NCBI GenBank assembly: GCA_964016885.1
Contig: OZ024741.1
Location: 2,356,001 to 2,420,000 of the forward strand
Direction: 5' to 3'
Origin: Eledone cirrhosa
Taxonomy: Eukaryota
DNA: 64,000 bases
Part shown: one piece after another, positions 13,750-28,799 of the stretch
Numbering within the stretch: position 1 is the first letter of the stretch
Layout: every line of letters starts with the position of its first letter
The notes under the pieces: model-generated
Seen by the model: the letters and a program-made list of their open reading frames with translations, nothing else
What the model was told of the DNA's origin: nothing
The model's database searches: none
Program-made: the position numbers and the translations under genes

Positions 13750-14169
13750 TATACACGGGTGTGTATGATTGTGTATAGAAGATTATATTAATAAAAGGAA
13801 TTCCAACTTTGTCTGATTTACTCGTTTTATTTATAATCCTTTAATATTTATAATGGTATTAGAATGAAATAGTATGGTAGAATGTTAAATGTTAAGTGTT
13901 AATTGAACAAGTACTTTCATGCTTTCGCAATCTTCAGGTTCATATGTGGTGACAGTCAAGTTTGCAATTTTCAACTGTTGAAAATTGCAAACTTGACTGT
14001 CACCACAGAATATGAAGCTGAAGATTGCGAAAGCATGAAAGTACTTGTTCAATTAACACTTAACATTTAATATTCTACCATACTATTTCATTCTAATACC
14101 ATTATAAATATTAAAGGATTGTAAATAAAACGATTAAATCAAACAAAGTTGGAATTCCTTTTATTAATA
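13750..14169. mobile_element. PLE-like family D fold-back, ~190-bp arms centred on 13976, plus ~35-bp tail
   Basis: TTTTCAAC-T-GTTGAAAA centre; HHR TGAA(C/G)-CTGAAGA-TTGC-GAAA-GCAT-GAAA-GTA-CTT-GTTCA in both arms (~14013-14051 +, ~13904-13942 -). Confidence 0.85.
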
Positions 14170-14200
14170 CATATATATATATACATATATATATACATAT

Positions 14201-14297
<97 letters not shown>

Positions 14298-14312
14298 TAT
14301 ATACATATATAC

Positions 14313-14357
<45 letters not shown>

Positions 14358-14370
14358 TACATATATATAC

Positions 14371-14402
<32 letters not shown>

Positions 14403-14512
14403 ATATAATAAAGTATTTACGTATCGAGAGAGAGAAAAAAAAGGAAGGATAGGTGATACATGTAGTTATTTGCCATGTAGCGTATGCCACAGGTGCTCAA
14501 TACTACTGCCGG

Positions 14513-15268
14513 CAGTACATCTTATGCTATATACTACATTTCATGTAGTATATAGCATAAGATGTACTGAAGGACAATGTAGAGATAAGAATATAGTTTA
14601 CATAGGTGAGACATCTCGTAGTATAGGAGAACGGATAAATGAACACTGGCGAGAGCTTCAAGATAGAAAAGAATCATCTGTACTCCACCAACATGCTAAA
14701 ATAGAACATAAGGGTAAATTAGAGAACATAGAAATAAAAATAGAATCTACACACAGAAAAGACGCAATGTTTAGACAAATCACAGAGGCAATAAACATAA
14801 ATGAACTCCAACCAAAATTAAATAGAAAATATGAATGGAATAGCAACATCACAACTTACAATTAAGGACAAAATTAAAACACACACACATAGAACAATCA
14901 ATCAACCAGTAACATGTAAATAAACAAATAAATAAACAAATATAAACACACACAGACACCCGGATGTAACATATGCGCAAACTAAGCACACAACACACAC
15001 AAAAACAAGATGGCGTAGGACAGAACAAAGGTGAGGCGCAAAAACAAAGAAAAGAATCCCCAGTCATTGAAGAAGTCATAGAATATGTGACGAAAGAATT
15101 TTGACAATATATGAACAACTGTCCGGTTGTGGAAACAACCAACCAACCGGAAATTTATAAATTTATAAATTTTTAAATTTATAAATTTAACTTATAATAA
15201 ATTGGAATGAAATCAGTGGTGCGTGTGTTTCTTATTGACAACATGACCCTCCCAAAGCATAACAATAT
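14513..15268 (+). mobile_element. Penelope-like element 3' fragment (family F): GIY-YIG endonuclease C-terminus (~14543-14865), 3' UTR with HHR (~15063-15105), 27-bp fold-back at the 5' end
   Basis: VVYSIRC...[16 protein letters not shown]...[22 protein letters not shown] is a GIY-YIG signature; ends in (TA)n. Confidence 0.9.
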
Positions 15269-15326
15269 ATATATAAGTATATATGTATATATGTATATAT
15301 ATATATGTATATATATATATGTATAT

Positions 15327-15403
<77 letters not shown>

Positions 15404-15458
15404 GTATATATGTATATATATGTATGTATATATATATATGTATATATGTATATATGTA

Positions 15459-15489
<31 letters not shown>

Positions 15490-15680
15490 ATATGTATATA
15501 TGTATATATATATATGTATATATATATATGTATATATGTATATATATATATTTATATATATATGTATATATATATATGTATATATGTATATATATATATA
15601 TTTATATATATATATATGTATATATATATGTATAAATATCTATATCTGTATGTACATATGTATATATATATGTATATATA

Positions 15681-17558
15681 TGCCTCTCTAGTAACATTGT
15701 CTACAAATGTAAGGTTGAAACACCCACGTCCCGTAGGGCCTACATAGGTTTAACCGTCAATAGATTCAAGCAGCGTCTTTACATGCATACCCATTCTTTT
15801 CGTTACCCTCTTAGAAGGGATATGACGTCTCTTTCAGCTTATATCTGGTGTCTAAAAGACAACCACACCCAATTTAAGTTACACTGGGAGATCCTAGCTA
15901 GGGCTAGATCGTATAACGGAAATAAAAGATCATGTGACCTCTGCGCCGCTGAGGCCCTGGAAATACTCTACGCCACAGACCACATCTTAAACAAAAAATC
16001 TGAGGCAATTTCGGTTTGTAAACATAAATTGCACAAAACTTTCCTGTATTACAGCCCCACATTATACCCTAACGGATAGTACGATCTATACGTGGATTTT
16101 TTACGTCTTGATGTGGTAGCTAAGTATATGTTTTGTTTATACCATTACTTATTTGCATAGGTAAGTCTATATTACCTGTGTTTTGTGAAGGTACGTATAC
16201 TTTCTCATACGTATATTTGATTGATTATGTTGTGGCGTATATATTTTTTATATTTTCTGGTACATATGGTTTGGTTATGTGTATACGGGAGTTTTGCGTC
16301 TGCGTGTGTATGCAGGTTCGTACGTATGTAGGGTGTGTGTATATGTGTACTTCATGTTTTGGCTGACTTACGTCTTCGAACATTTGCGTATTTAAATGTA
16401 GGTATGTGGGTGCGCTTGTTATATACGTATTTATTTATTTATATACGTTTATTTAATTATTTATTTGTATACACACACACACACACACACATATTTATAT
16501 GTGCGTGGTTTTGTATACCTATGGCAAGTGTTTTGCGTATGCTTGTGTATGTACGTATTTGAATGTGTGTATGCATTTATTTAATTTGTATTACCCCTGT
16601 ATTGTATTTATTTACTTTATTCTTAACTCTGGAGCGGAGATTCATTCGGTTTCCTAGTTAGAATTTAGTCTACGACTTCTGCTATACCATTTACGTGGTT
16701 TTGTCTTTGCGTACAATTGTTCTCCACGGTCCACATATGAGGTATTATCTTTGTTTTTTCCGTTCATTGCCAGAGAACGTCTCTATGAACCACCTAAGAG
16801 AACATTAGTCTACGACCTCTTTTATACCATAAACGTGGTTCTGTCTTTGCGCGTAATTGTTTTTCACCGCTCCTATTAATGACGTATTATATTCGTTTTT
16901 CCCGTTCTTTGCCAGGGAACGTTTCCACGAACCAACGTATCGTCTTCCTGTTTTCTTCCGGTTAAAGGTTTTTTGAAATATCCAGTTCTGCGTTTACAGA
17001 TTGACTCTGTTAGTTTCAGAAGATCCCGTTAATTTGATATATATGTATGTATGTGTACATATGTATATATATATATATATGTATATTGGACATTTTAATA
17101 TTATTATTATTATCATTATCAATTATATTGTATTATATTATATTATATTATATATAGTACAATGATTCTCGCTTTATATCACCACCTTTGTTTAGCTTTA
17201 GTTTTTGCATTGTACTATATTTGTAATATGGTTCAAAATGTTAATCACTTCATTAGCAATTTTTACTTGATAATTATTACTCGATAATTTTCCTATACTT
17301 TAATGTATGTATACTCCATATTCTTCTGAGTTTTGGGCTTGTATTGGCCGATAGTGCTTCTTATAGCTTTAATTGCCCTGATGAGTCCTTAATAGGACGA
17401 AACATTGTTGGCTAATAAAGACTTTTGATCTATTGAAGGCTTCTTTGGTTTATTTTCATAATTCTTCGGCTCTGTTTAATTACATTGCGCTATAGCTTTA
17501 CTGTCATTTCTATAATACGAAGAGGGTGTTTAACTCCAACACACTCTAGTATTTTAAT

Positions 17559-17562
<4 letters not shown>
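15681..17562 (+). mobile_element. Penelope-like element 3' fragment (Neptune/Nematis-like GIY-YIG, ~15681-16079) with long 3' UTR, ~140-bp internal tandem duplication (~16665-16935) and HHR
   Basis: In frame from 15681: [10 protein letters not shown]...[21 protein letters not shown]...TSLSAYIWCLK...WEIL...CDLCAAEALEI...LNKKSE...CKH. Confidence 0.85.
17375..17412 (+). ncRNA. Minimal type I hammerhead ribozyme (PLE 3' UTR)
   Basis: GCC-CTGATGA-GTCCT-TAAT-AGGAC-GAAAC-ATT-GTT-GGC, followed by AATAAA. Confidence 0.8.
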
Positions 17563-17611
<49 letters not shown>

Positions 17612-18029
17612 AATACATATATATATATATATACATATATATACATATGTATATATATGTATATATACATATATATATATACATATATACATACATATGT
17701 ATATACATATATATATATATGTATATATACATATATATATATGTATATATACATATATACATATCTACATATATATACATATATACATATATAATGGTGT
17801 ATATTTTTTATGCGTAAAACTGTTTTTGACCGTGTGCTTTTATATAAGAGCGTGTGTATATATGTAGGTGAATGTGTATTTATGTGTGTGTGTGTGTGTG
17901 TGTGTAGTGATATGTATGTGTATTTATGTGTATGTGTGTGTGTGTGTATTTATGTGTATATGTGTGTGACTATATGTTTTATGTATGGATGCAACTCAAC
18001 GATAAAAGCCAAAAGGTGATTATAGCTGC

Positions 18030-18852
18030 CGTTGTTGTTGCTGTTACTTTGTTGTTATTGTTGTTGTTTTTACTGTTGTTGATGTTGTTACAGTTGCTGT
18101 TACTGTTGTTGTTGTTATTGTTGTTGTTGTTACTGTTGTTGTTGTTGTTACTGTTGTTGTTGTTACTGTTGTTGTTGTTACTGTTGTTTTTACTGTTGTT
18201 GTTGTTACTGTTGTTGTTGTTGTTACTGTTGTTGTTACTGTTGTTGTTACTGTTGTTGTTGTTACTGTTGTTGTTGTTGTTACAGTTGTTGTTGTTGTTA
18301 CTGTTGTTGTTACTGTTGTTGTTGTTGTTACAGTTGCTGTTACTGTTGTTGTTGTTGTTACTGTTGTTGCTGTTACTGTTGTTGTTGTTACTGTTGTTGT
18401 TGTTACTGTTGTTGTTGTTACAGTTGCTGTTACTGTTCTTGTTGTTGTTACTGTTGTTGTTACTGTTGTTGTTGTTACTGTTGTTGTTGTTGTTACAGTT
18501 GTTGTTGTTGTTACTGTTGTTGTTACTGTTGTTGTTGTTGTTACAGTTGCTGTTACTGTTGTTGTTGTTGTTACAGTTGCTGTTACTGTTGTTGTTGTTA
18601 CTGTTGTTGCTGTTACTGTTGTTGTTGTTGTTACTGTTGTTGTTGTTACAGTTGCTGTTACTGTTGTTGTTGTTGTTACTGTTGTTGTTGTTACTGTTGT
18701 TGTTGTTGTTACTGTTGTTGTTGTTGTTACTGTTGTTGTTGTTGTTACTGTTGTTGTTACTGTTGTTGTTGTTACTGTTGTTGTTACTGTTGTTGTTACT
18801 GTTGTTGTTGTTGTTGTTGTTACTGTTGTTGTTGTTGTTACTGTTGTTGTTA
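18030..18852. repeat. (GTT)n microsatellite periodically interrupted by ACT/ACA
   Basis: Direct reading. Confidence 0.95.
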
Positions 18853-19402
18853 TATATTTGACTTCTCTTAATACACGCTTTACTAACATATGATCTCATT
18901 GCTGTTTATCTGAGGTGTTTACTTGCGGAGATGAATTAATCTGACGTATTAGAGTATATTTAGTCCAAAACTACAGAGTCGACTAATACATGGATACTAT
19001 TTTGCTGGGTTCAGGCTACAATCTAAAGTAGACTATCAACAATCAGAAATACAAAAGGGTTTAAAGGAATAAAAAGACGATGTTCCTATACTTCAAATAT
19101 ACTTTCTTTCTACAAAACACAGAAATAATAACAGTTGGCTCTTACATATTGCTATGGCATGACACAAGCTGGAATATAAAACTGATATTAACATTATATT
19201 ATTAATGTCCAGCCGCCCATTGTGATAAAACCAGGTCTCATTTGCTCACAGTAGTCACATATCTGGTCTTCTGACTTCACCAAAATTTACCATATTTACC
19301 GTAAGTTCATATTTAGGGATACAGTGGGTAGAGTGAGCTACCGGTAATTACATGTCGCACTAAATTACAGGAGAAATGGTGTCACTGGCAGAGTAATAAT
19401 AT

Positions 19403-19514
19403 AATTGTTTCTACTTTAGGCACAAGGCCAGCAATTATCCCAGTGTATTACTGGTACTTTATTTTATCGACCCCATAAGGATGAAAGGCAAAGTTAACCT
19501 CGGCGGGATTTGAA
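19403..19514 (-). mobile_element. tRNA-derived SINE, 5'-truncated inside the B-box
   Basis: Homology to the other copies. Confidence 0.85.
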
Positions 19515-19914
19515 ATGAATTTCCGTCACAGTTTTAACAACAGGCAAGCAAAGGAGTAAACAATGAGACAACCCGTCATAGGCATTACTTCTAGATTCAC
19601 GACAGTGGTTCATCTTGGGAATACGGGTCCAGAGAAAGGGTAACTACAGTTATTCATAGTGTTGCGGTTATATTTATGAATTCCAAAAGATTTAGTAGAC
19701 GGAGACTTTTAAAGAAAAGTTCAAAGACAAAAGTGTAGAAACATTAATTTCTTCATAGCAATGTTTGGTTTGGTGTATCTAGATATGTTCTAGATTCACA
19801 ATTGTTGATGTGTTGTCCGGGAAGAAATAGGGTCAACCACTACATAAGATGGAGAAAATTATAAATATTTCGGCAAGACACACGAACACATTATGTATAT
19901 ATATATATATAATA

Positions 19915-20058
19915 CAGAAAAGCTTCTACTGATGATTTAACACGAATGAAACAGTTCTAGTCCTGTAGAAGCAGTTCTATATTAAATAATTATAATCTGC
20001 TATGTATTGAGTACCATACATACTGTGGTTACACCCGATTGAACCCGGGATAAACTTA
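19915..20058 (+). mobile_element. PLE-like family B with a very short inverted arm
   Basis: AGAAAAGCTTCTA-CTGATGATTTAACACGAATGAAACAGTTCTAGTCCTGTAGAAGCAGTTCTAT...GAACCCGGGATAAACTTA. Confidence 0.75.
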
Positions 20059-20091
20059 CACACAAACACACACAAACACACACACACATAT

Positions 20092-20186
<95 letters not shown>

Positions 20187-20224
20187 AGAATACATACATA
20201 ATGGCTTGGTACTCACACATATAT

Positions 20225-20390
20225 ATATGTAAAAGATAAACAGAAGTACCAACACAATCAGTACAGTATATGGAAGTAATGGAAGTAATATATTAAGTTA
20301 ACGCTTGATATAGCAGGAAGGGGGTCTTAACGTTTCGGACGCTAGTCCTTCATCACAAGATCACAAGAAACAATGAGAAATAAGGGGACA
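20225..20390 (-). mobile_element. PLE-like 3' end (family K) with HHR, core mutated to GTGATGA
   Basis: Reverse complement CTT-GTGATGA-AGGACTAGCGTCC-GAAACGTT-AAG; homologous to 53180-53322. Confidence 0.75.
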
Positions 20391-20399
20391 GGTGGGTTG

Positions 20400-21135
<736 letters not shown>

Positions 21136-21195
21136 TAGTAATAATAATAAATTTGAAGACTAAAATCCAACATTTTTGCTTAAACTTTAATCTGT

Positions 21196-21233
<38 letters not shown>

Positions 21234-21312
21234 CATATATAAATGTATATATGTATAAAATATATGTATAAAATATATATACAATATATATATGTATATA
21301 TAACTCTATAAA

Positions 21313-21375
<63 letters not shown>

Positions 21376-21471
21376 AGGCTTATCTTGGTTCCTACACCAG
21401 TAATTCACCGAAACACCTACACTATATATATATATATCGTATATATATATATATTGTATATATATATACAC

Positions 21472-21560
<89 letters not shown>

Positions 21561-21728
21561 CTATATAACAGAATAGTTATATAATAGATAGAATATATCC
21601 TAAATCTATTCTTTACAGTAGTCAAGAATAAAGCGAGAAAAGTAACAAAAACAGCAACAATAACAAGTAAACCAATGTCAGTGCATATGTGAATGTGTAT
21701 GAATGTATAGATATATATGTCAATGCGA

Positions 21729-21780
<52 letters not shown>

Positions 21781-21789
21781 AGAAGTTGT

Positions 21790-21985
21790 ATTCAATTTGT
21801 TGGAATTCCAGTGAATTTCCGACCGATAAGGTATGATTTTCATGGGTACGTCTTTATTTATAAAACAAAGTTTGTATTTTATCTGATGAAAGCGCACCAA
21901 AATTTGCTAGTTTGCCCTTGAAATATATATAATAAAATAAATATTGCTTTATAAATATAGTTTCCATTTATTTAATATCATGCTA
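21790..21985 (+). mobile_element. PLE-like family A arm with HHR (~21875-21939)
   Basis: TATTTTAT-CTGATGA-AAGCGCACC...GCCCTT-GAAA-TATAT-ATA-ATAAAATA; homologous to 63770-64000 (-). Confidence 0.75.
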
Positions 21986-22090
21986 TATATATATATAGGT
22001 GTGTATGTGTGTGTGTCTGTGTGTCTGTGTGTGAGAGTGTTTCTCTCTGTATATTTATATTACTATATATATATGCACATCATATATATA

Positions 22091-22154
<64 letters not shown>

Positions 22155-22155
22155 A

Positions 22156-22230
<75 letters not shown>

Positions 22231-22232
<2 letters not shown>

Positions 22233-22550
22233 AAGATGAACTCGAAAATGCAACTGGAGTCCTATTTGTTCCTTTACCGGTTTCGCAGTTCTTCTGCTTT
22301 TCAAAAGTAGAGTTGAGATGAGGGTCTGTGGTTTTTCTCACATCTGGTGAGAGAAAAACCACAGACCCTCCATCTCAACTCTACTTTTGAAAAGCAGAAG
22401 AACTGCGAAACCGGTAAAGGAACCAAATAAATATATATATTTAAAAACAAATAAGACTCCAGTTGCATTTTCGATTTCATCTTTTTTTCTTTATACTTTC
22501 ACTCGTGTAGGACACCTCGGTTATTTTTCATTTTGTAAAAAAAACCTCAC

Positions 22551-22556
<6 letters not shown>
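22231..22556. mobile_element. PLE-like family E fold-back (~105-bp arms around 22340-22350) plus tail
   Basis: Arms are reverse complementary; degenerate HHR CTT-TTGAAAA-GCAG-AAGAA-CTGC-GAAA-CCG-GTA-AAG. Confidence 0.8.
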
Positions 22557-22610
<54 letters not shown>

Positions 22611-22736
22611 ATGTATGTGTGTGTAGATATATATATATGTGTGTTGATATATAAACATATATATGATGTGCATATGTATATAGTAATATAAATATACAGA
22701 AATATAATTATTACTATATACATATGCATATTTATA

Positions 22737-22789
<53 letters not shown>

Positions 22790-22824
22790 GTATATATATA
22801 TTATATATATATGTATATATATAT

Positions 22825-22913
<89 letters not shown>

Positions 22914-23020
22914 AGATATATATCTAGATATATATCTACACACATATATATATATATAAATATATATATATAAATATATATATATATTTATATATATATA
23001 TGTGTGTAAATATATATACA

Positions 23021-23495
23021 TATATTGTTATACTTGGTGAGGGTCATATTGTACTATTATGTTCTTGCTATTGTATTGTATGTCTACGCCATTTTATACA
23101 ACAGGAAGAACATTATAGTACCACAGATGATGTTGCAGATGTGCAACGAAAGAACTTTGTTAGACTATATATATGTATCTATATATGTTAGTTTATATCT
23201 GGTCAGTCAATGATAAACATTGAGGACGAAATGAATTAACTATGGAGATATACAAGATACAGAAGCGAAAACCAACAAAACAGTGAGTGTGTTCTGTTAT
23301 TATTTCTGGCAATATTATTACAACAATATGACCCCCTTCCCCAAGTATAACAATATTTGTTTCGACACACGATTTCATATCAAAAACCTGTATATATATA
23401 TATATATATATATACACGTATATATTTGTTTTACGAGGTTTTTGATATGAAATCGTGTGTCGAAACAAATATTGTTATACTTGGGGGAGGGGGGC
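23021..23495. mobile_element. Old family-F-related PLE ends: inverted short arm (23021-23052), + arm with tail (~23200-23390), second inverted tail (23425-23495)
   Basis: ATGACCC..CCAAGTATAACAATATTTGTTTCGACACACG is homologous to the reverse complement of 56415-56460. Confidence 0.6.
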
Positions 23496-23503
23496 ATATA
23501 TAC

Positions 23504-23677
<174 letters not shown>

Positions 23678-23938
23678 GTATATATGCATACATATCTATA
23701 TCTACATATATATGTGTATATATATATATATTATATATATATGTGTGTGTCTGAGTGTATATATATATGTTCATATATGTATATATATATATACATATAT
23801 ATACACACACACACATATATATATATATGTGTGTATATATAGAGATATGTGTATATGTATGTATATATATATGTGTATGTATATATGTAAGTATATATAT
23901 AAAGATATATATGTATGTATGTATATTTTATATATATA

Positions 23939-23987
<49 letters not shown>

Positions 23988-24281
23988 ATGCGTGTGTGCG
24001 TATATGTATGTATATATATATGTATATGTATATACATACATATATATATATATGCATACACAAAATAAATATATATATACACACACACACAGATAATATA
24101 AAGTCATCAAAGTTATGTATATATACATATATATATAATCATATAAACATATGTATATTTTCATATGTATATGTGTGCAATTAAATTCATGAATATATTT
24201 GCATATAAATGTATGAATGTATTTGCATATATATATGTATTTATTTACACGTGTTAATATGAATGCATATATATATATATT

Positions 24282-24316
<35 letters not shown>

Positions 24317-24329
24317 TTGTGTGCATATA

Positions 24330-24400
<71 letters not shown>

Positions 24401-24488
24401 AGGTGAGTTTTATCGTAGCTCAATAAAGGAATGTTTTTGAAATGCGCATAATAAAATACTTGGCATTCTTTTAATCACCTTTTGATCT

Positions 24489-24548
<60 letters not shown>

Positions 24549-24574
24549 GTATGTATATATATGTGTATATATAT

Positions 24575-24671
<97 letters not shown>

Positions 24672-24855
24672 CATATCCATATAGTTATGATACATATGTA
24701 TACATAATATACATAATAATAATATATATATACACGTATACACACACACACACACATATATATATATAAATATATATATATACACACATACATATGCATA
24801 TAGTTATGATATATATGTATACATAATATTCATAATAATATATATATACACGTAT

Positions 24856-24935
<80 letters not shown>

Positions 24936-25024
24936 TCATATATATATATGCACACATATATATATATACATACATTTATATATATATGCATAAACACAGA
25001 TACATACATACATAGACACACAGT

Positions 25025-25067
<43 letters not shown>

Positions 25068-25072
<5 letters not shown>

Positions 25073-25269
25073 AACGAGTAGGACCCCAACGGCTGAGCTC
25101 AAGCCGTTTCGACGGCTAATTCTGGACTAATTAGTCCAGAATTAGCCGTCGAAACGGCTTGAGCTCAGCCGTTGGGGTCCTACTCGTTCCTATTACCCAC
25201 TCTACTACCCTAAGTATTGTGTACTTTGGTGCGTTATGGTCCATTTGGTTCCTTACCAGATTTCCTTCG

Positions 25270-25271
<2 letters not shown>
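25068..25271. mobile_element. PLE-like family C: perfect 126-bp palindrome (25068-25193) plus ~78-bp tail, in (TA)n
   Basis: 63-bp arms match exactly with no loop (CTAA|TTAG at 25130/25131). Confidence 0.9.
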
Positions 25272-25335
<64 letters not shown>

Positions 25336-25670
25336 CTACATGGATATAAAGTAGTGGCCGTACTCGAAAACGAGTTGGCAGCCACCATATATATATACAT
25401 AAAAACATACATATAAATAACCATACATATATACATTCATATATATATTCACTGATTTATACTCATTCCACAGCCACGTGTATCGTCAACGTCGATATCG
25501 AAGATGTGAGTGACACAGTATGTGGTCAGTCCCATCCACTGACAGTTCATTATAATACGGCTAGGTGTATATACCGTGAAACACTCCATTCTCGTCTGGA
25601 ATCCTACACCTCTCTACGACAGTCAGCTCTATAGCCAGACGCCTTGATATCTACACACACACACACGTGC

Positions 25671-25727
<57 letters not shown>

Positions 25728-25820
25728 TACATTTAATGTTTAATACAAACTTACATAATACACACACATATATATTTATATTTATATACAAACACATATA
25801 TATATATTTCTATATATATA

Positions 25821-25881
25821 TGTCCAGAATTAGCCGTCGAAACGCCTTGAGCTCAGCCGTCGGGGTCCTACTCGTTCCTAT
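25821..25881 (+). mobile_element. Family C solo short arm in (TA)n
   Basis: GTCCAGAATTAGCCGTCGAAACG..CTCGTTCCTAT. Confidence 0.8.
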
Positions 25882-26021
25882 ATATATATATATATATGTA
25901 TATATGTTTATATATGTATGTATGTACATAAATATACCTGTATGTACGTATAAACCGAGAATTACATATTTACAGACACATACACACACATACATGTATA
26001 TATATATTATATGTATGTGTA

Positions 26022-26137
<116 letters not shown>

Positions 26138-26373
26138 TATAATGATATTTGGTATTTTCAACTGTGTTATATACTCAAGTTGTAAGTTTTGTTATTTGTA
26201 TTCAAATATTGAATCATTCGTCGTAATAATATAACAAGTATTTATGAGCGCACACATATAATACTCTATTTCCCTAGTGTTTAACTGGTATTTTCCTCCG
26301 AATTAGATAACAACAACAATAACAAATCGAAGTACATTGGGTTAATATTCTCCCAAATTGTTTTCTGTTGTTT

Positions 26374-26405
<32 letters not shown>

Positions 26406-26676
26406 CACATGTATTGTATTGAAGAGAATAACTATGTGTAAACTCTGGGAGTGTATCTTACATTGCCTACGCTGAGATACAACCGGTCCTGGCATTGATA
26501 AAAATGCTGGGTCCGTCAACTACTTATATATATATATATTGTGTGTGTGTGCGTATATATTTGTTGTAACATTATTCCCAACTGGACATCATAAGACTTA
26601 AACTATTGAAAATCCCTCCGTAAATTCCTGACTTGATTTCATTGACCAGTGCCTGAAAATATGGCATGATGCCCCC

Positions 26677-26746
<70 letters not shown>

Positions 26747-26790
26747 TCTCTCTCTCTCTCTCTCTATTCATCAGTCCATCTATCTGTATA

Positions 26791-26877
<87 letters not shown>

Positions 26878-27724
26878 GTTTTCTCGTCTTATATTTGTAT
26901 TGTAAATTTGTTTACACACACACATACGCATGTGTGTATATATTTGTGTGTGTGTGTGGTATCCACCCCCGCAATATCCTGTGTAATTATATATTTGTAG
27001 TATAATGTGTATCTATGTACGTAACACTGTGTTTTACAAAATATTTTTATCATCATCATCATCATTATCATTTTTTAAAAAAATATCTTTAAAAAATATA
27101 TGTATCCCGTACGGTATTAGGAGTTACTGTAAATAAAACCAATCAGCCAGACACACAAAACCAATAATATAAATATTCAATATACTAAAATTATTCCATC
27201 TTGTATCCTCCATTTTCCTGTATTTTGTCATTTATACGTTTTTTTTTCTTTCGATTTTATATTTCTTTAAGTCTCACTGTTTTACTTGTTAACTTGGTAA
27301 GTTGGTAAATTGGTAAATTAGTAAGTTGGTAAATTACTAAGTTAGTAAATTAGTACATTGGTAAATTAGTTAGTAGCTTTGTCCTTTTCCTTTTGTTAGT
27401 CCTCAGAATAAATATTTCTTTTTTTTTTAAATTTTCCTTTACGTTTTCCGTCGTTTTTTTTTTCGTGTCTCCACGTTTTCGTTTTTCATTTGTCTTAATT
27501 TTGGTTTTTACACATTTGTTGTTGTTGTTGTTGTTGTTGTTGTAATTTGTGTACTATGCCTTTTCCTTGTTCTTCTTCCCCCTTTTTTCCGTTTTTCTAT
27601 TACGTTAGCTTCCTTAGATAATGGGCTTTTAGCTTCTTCTGATGTAACTCATGAAATCCAGGCGTATTAAGTAACATACGCCTTTTACATATCTGTATTC
27701 CATGTATATTTTATACACACACGT

Positions 27725-27829
<105 letters not shown>

Positions 27830-27890
27830 TAAATATATATATAGAGAGAGAGATAAATATATAGTTATATAGATATAGATATAGATAGAT

Positions 27891-27958
<68 letters not shown>

Positions 27959-28229
27959 AGGGATGTATCTAGACATATATGAATGTGTGTATAAAATATT
28001 TGAGAAGTATAAAGGTGGGGAAGTAAAAATAAGGAAACAAAGATAGGTTAATGTTGAGTTATGTTGAGATAATATGGCTGGAATATTGGGAGAGTGGTAG
28101 TGGCAGGTAGAGAGGGAGGGGATAGAGAGAAAGTGGTAGTGGCAAGTAGAGAGAGAAGGAGGGGGATAGAGACAGAGAGTGGTAGTGGCAGGTAGAGAGA
28201 TAGAGGGTGATAACACGGAGTGGAGGGGG

Positions 28230-28266
<37 letters not shown>

Positions 28267-28421
28267 ACAGAGAGGAGATAGAGAGAGTGTGTGATAGTGA
28301 AAGTGAGAAATAGATAGAGAGAGAGAGAGAGAGAGATAGTCAGAGATAGTGAGAGATAGAGAAAGACAGAGAGAGATATATAGTGAGAGAGAGAGTGAGA
28401 TATAGTGAGAGAGAGAGATAG

Positions 28422-28462
<41 letters not shown>

Positions 28463-28799
28463 TGGAGAGAGAGAGATAGTGAAAGTGATGGAAATGGTGG
28501 AAATGGTGGTTGCTGCAACCATCATGATGGTAGATAAGAGATATAATGGAAGGTGTACTGGCAAGTGGACACCGAGGGGAGTGGTGCGAGGGGGGAACAG
28601 AGAGATAGAGAGTGGGGTGAGAGGGATGGTAGGGAGTGGGCAGGAGTGAGAGAGAGTGAGGGAGTAAGTGAGAGAGAGAGAGAGGGGGATATTTTCCTAG
28701 TGTCGCCAGATAGGTGAGAGTGGTACATGGTTAGCTTGGAGTAAGAGGTGTAAGTAGGAGATAGTTGAGAGGGAGGAGGAGGAGGCAAATGGACACTAA

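Noticed and set aside
17926-18899. Poly-L, poly-N and poly-T ORFs
   Set aside because: (GTT)n microsatellite artefact.
24665-24875. ~115-bp tandem duplication as a distinct element
   Set aside because: Local duplication of degenerate (TA)/(CA) sequence with no other signal.
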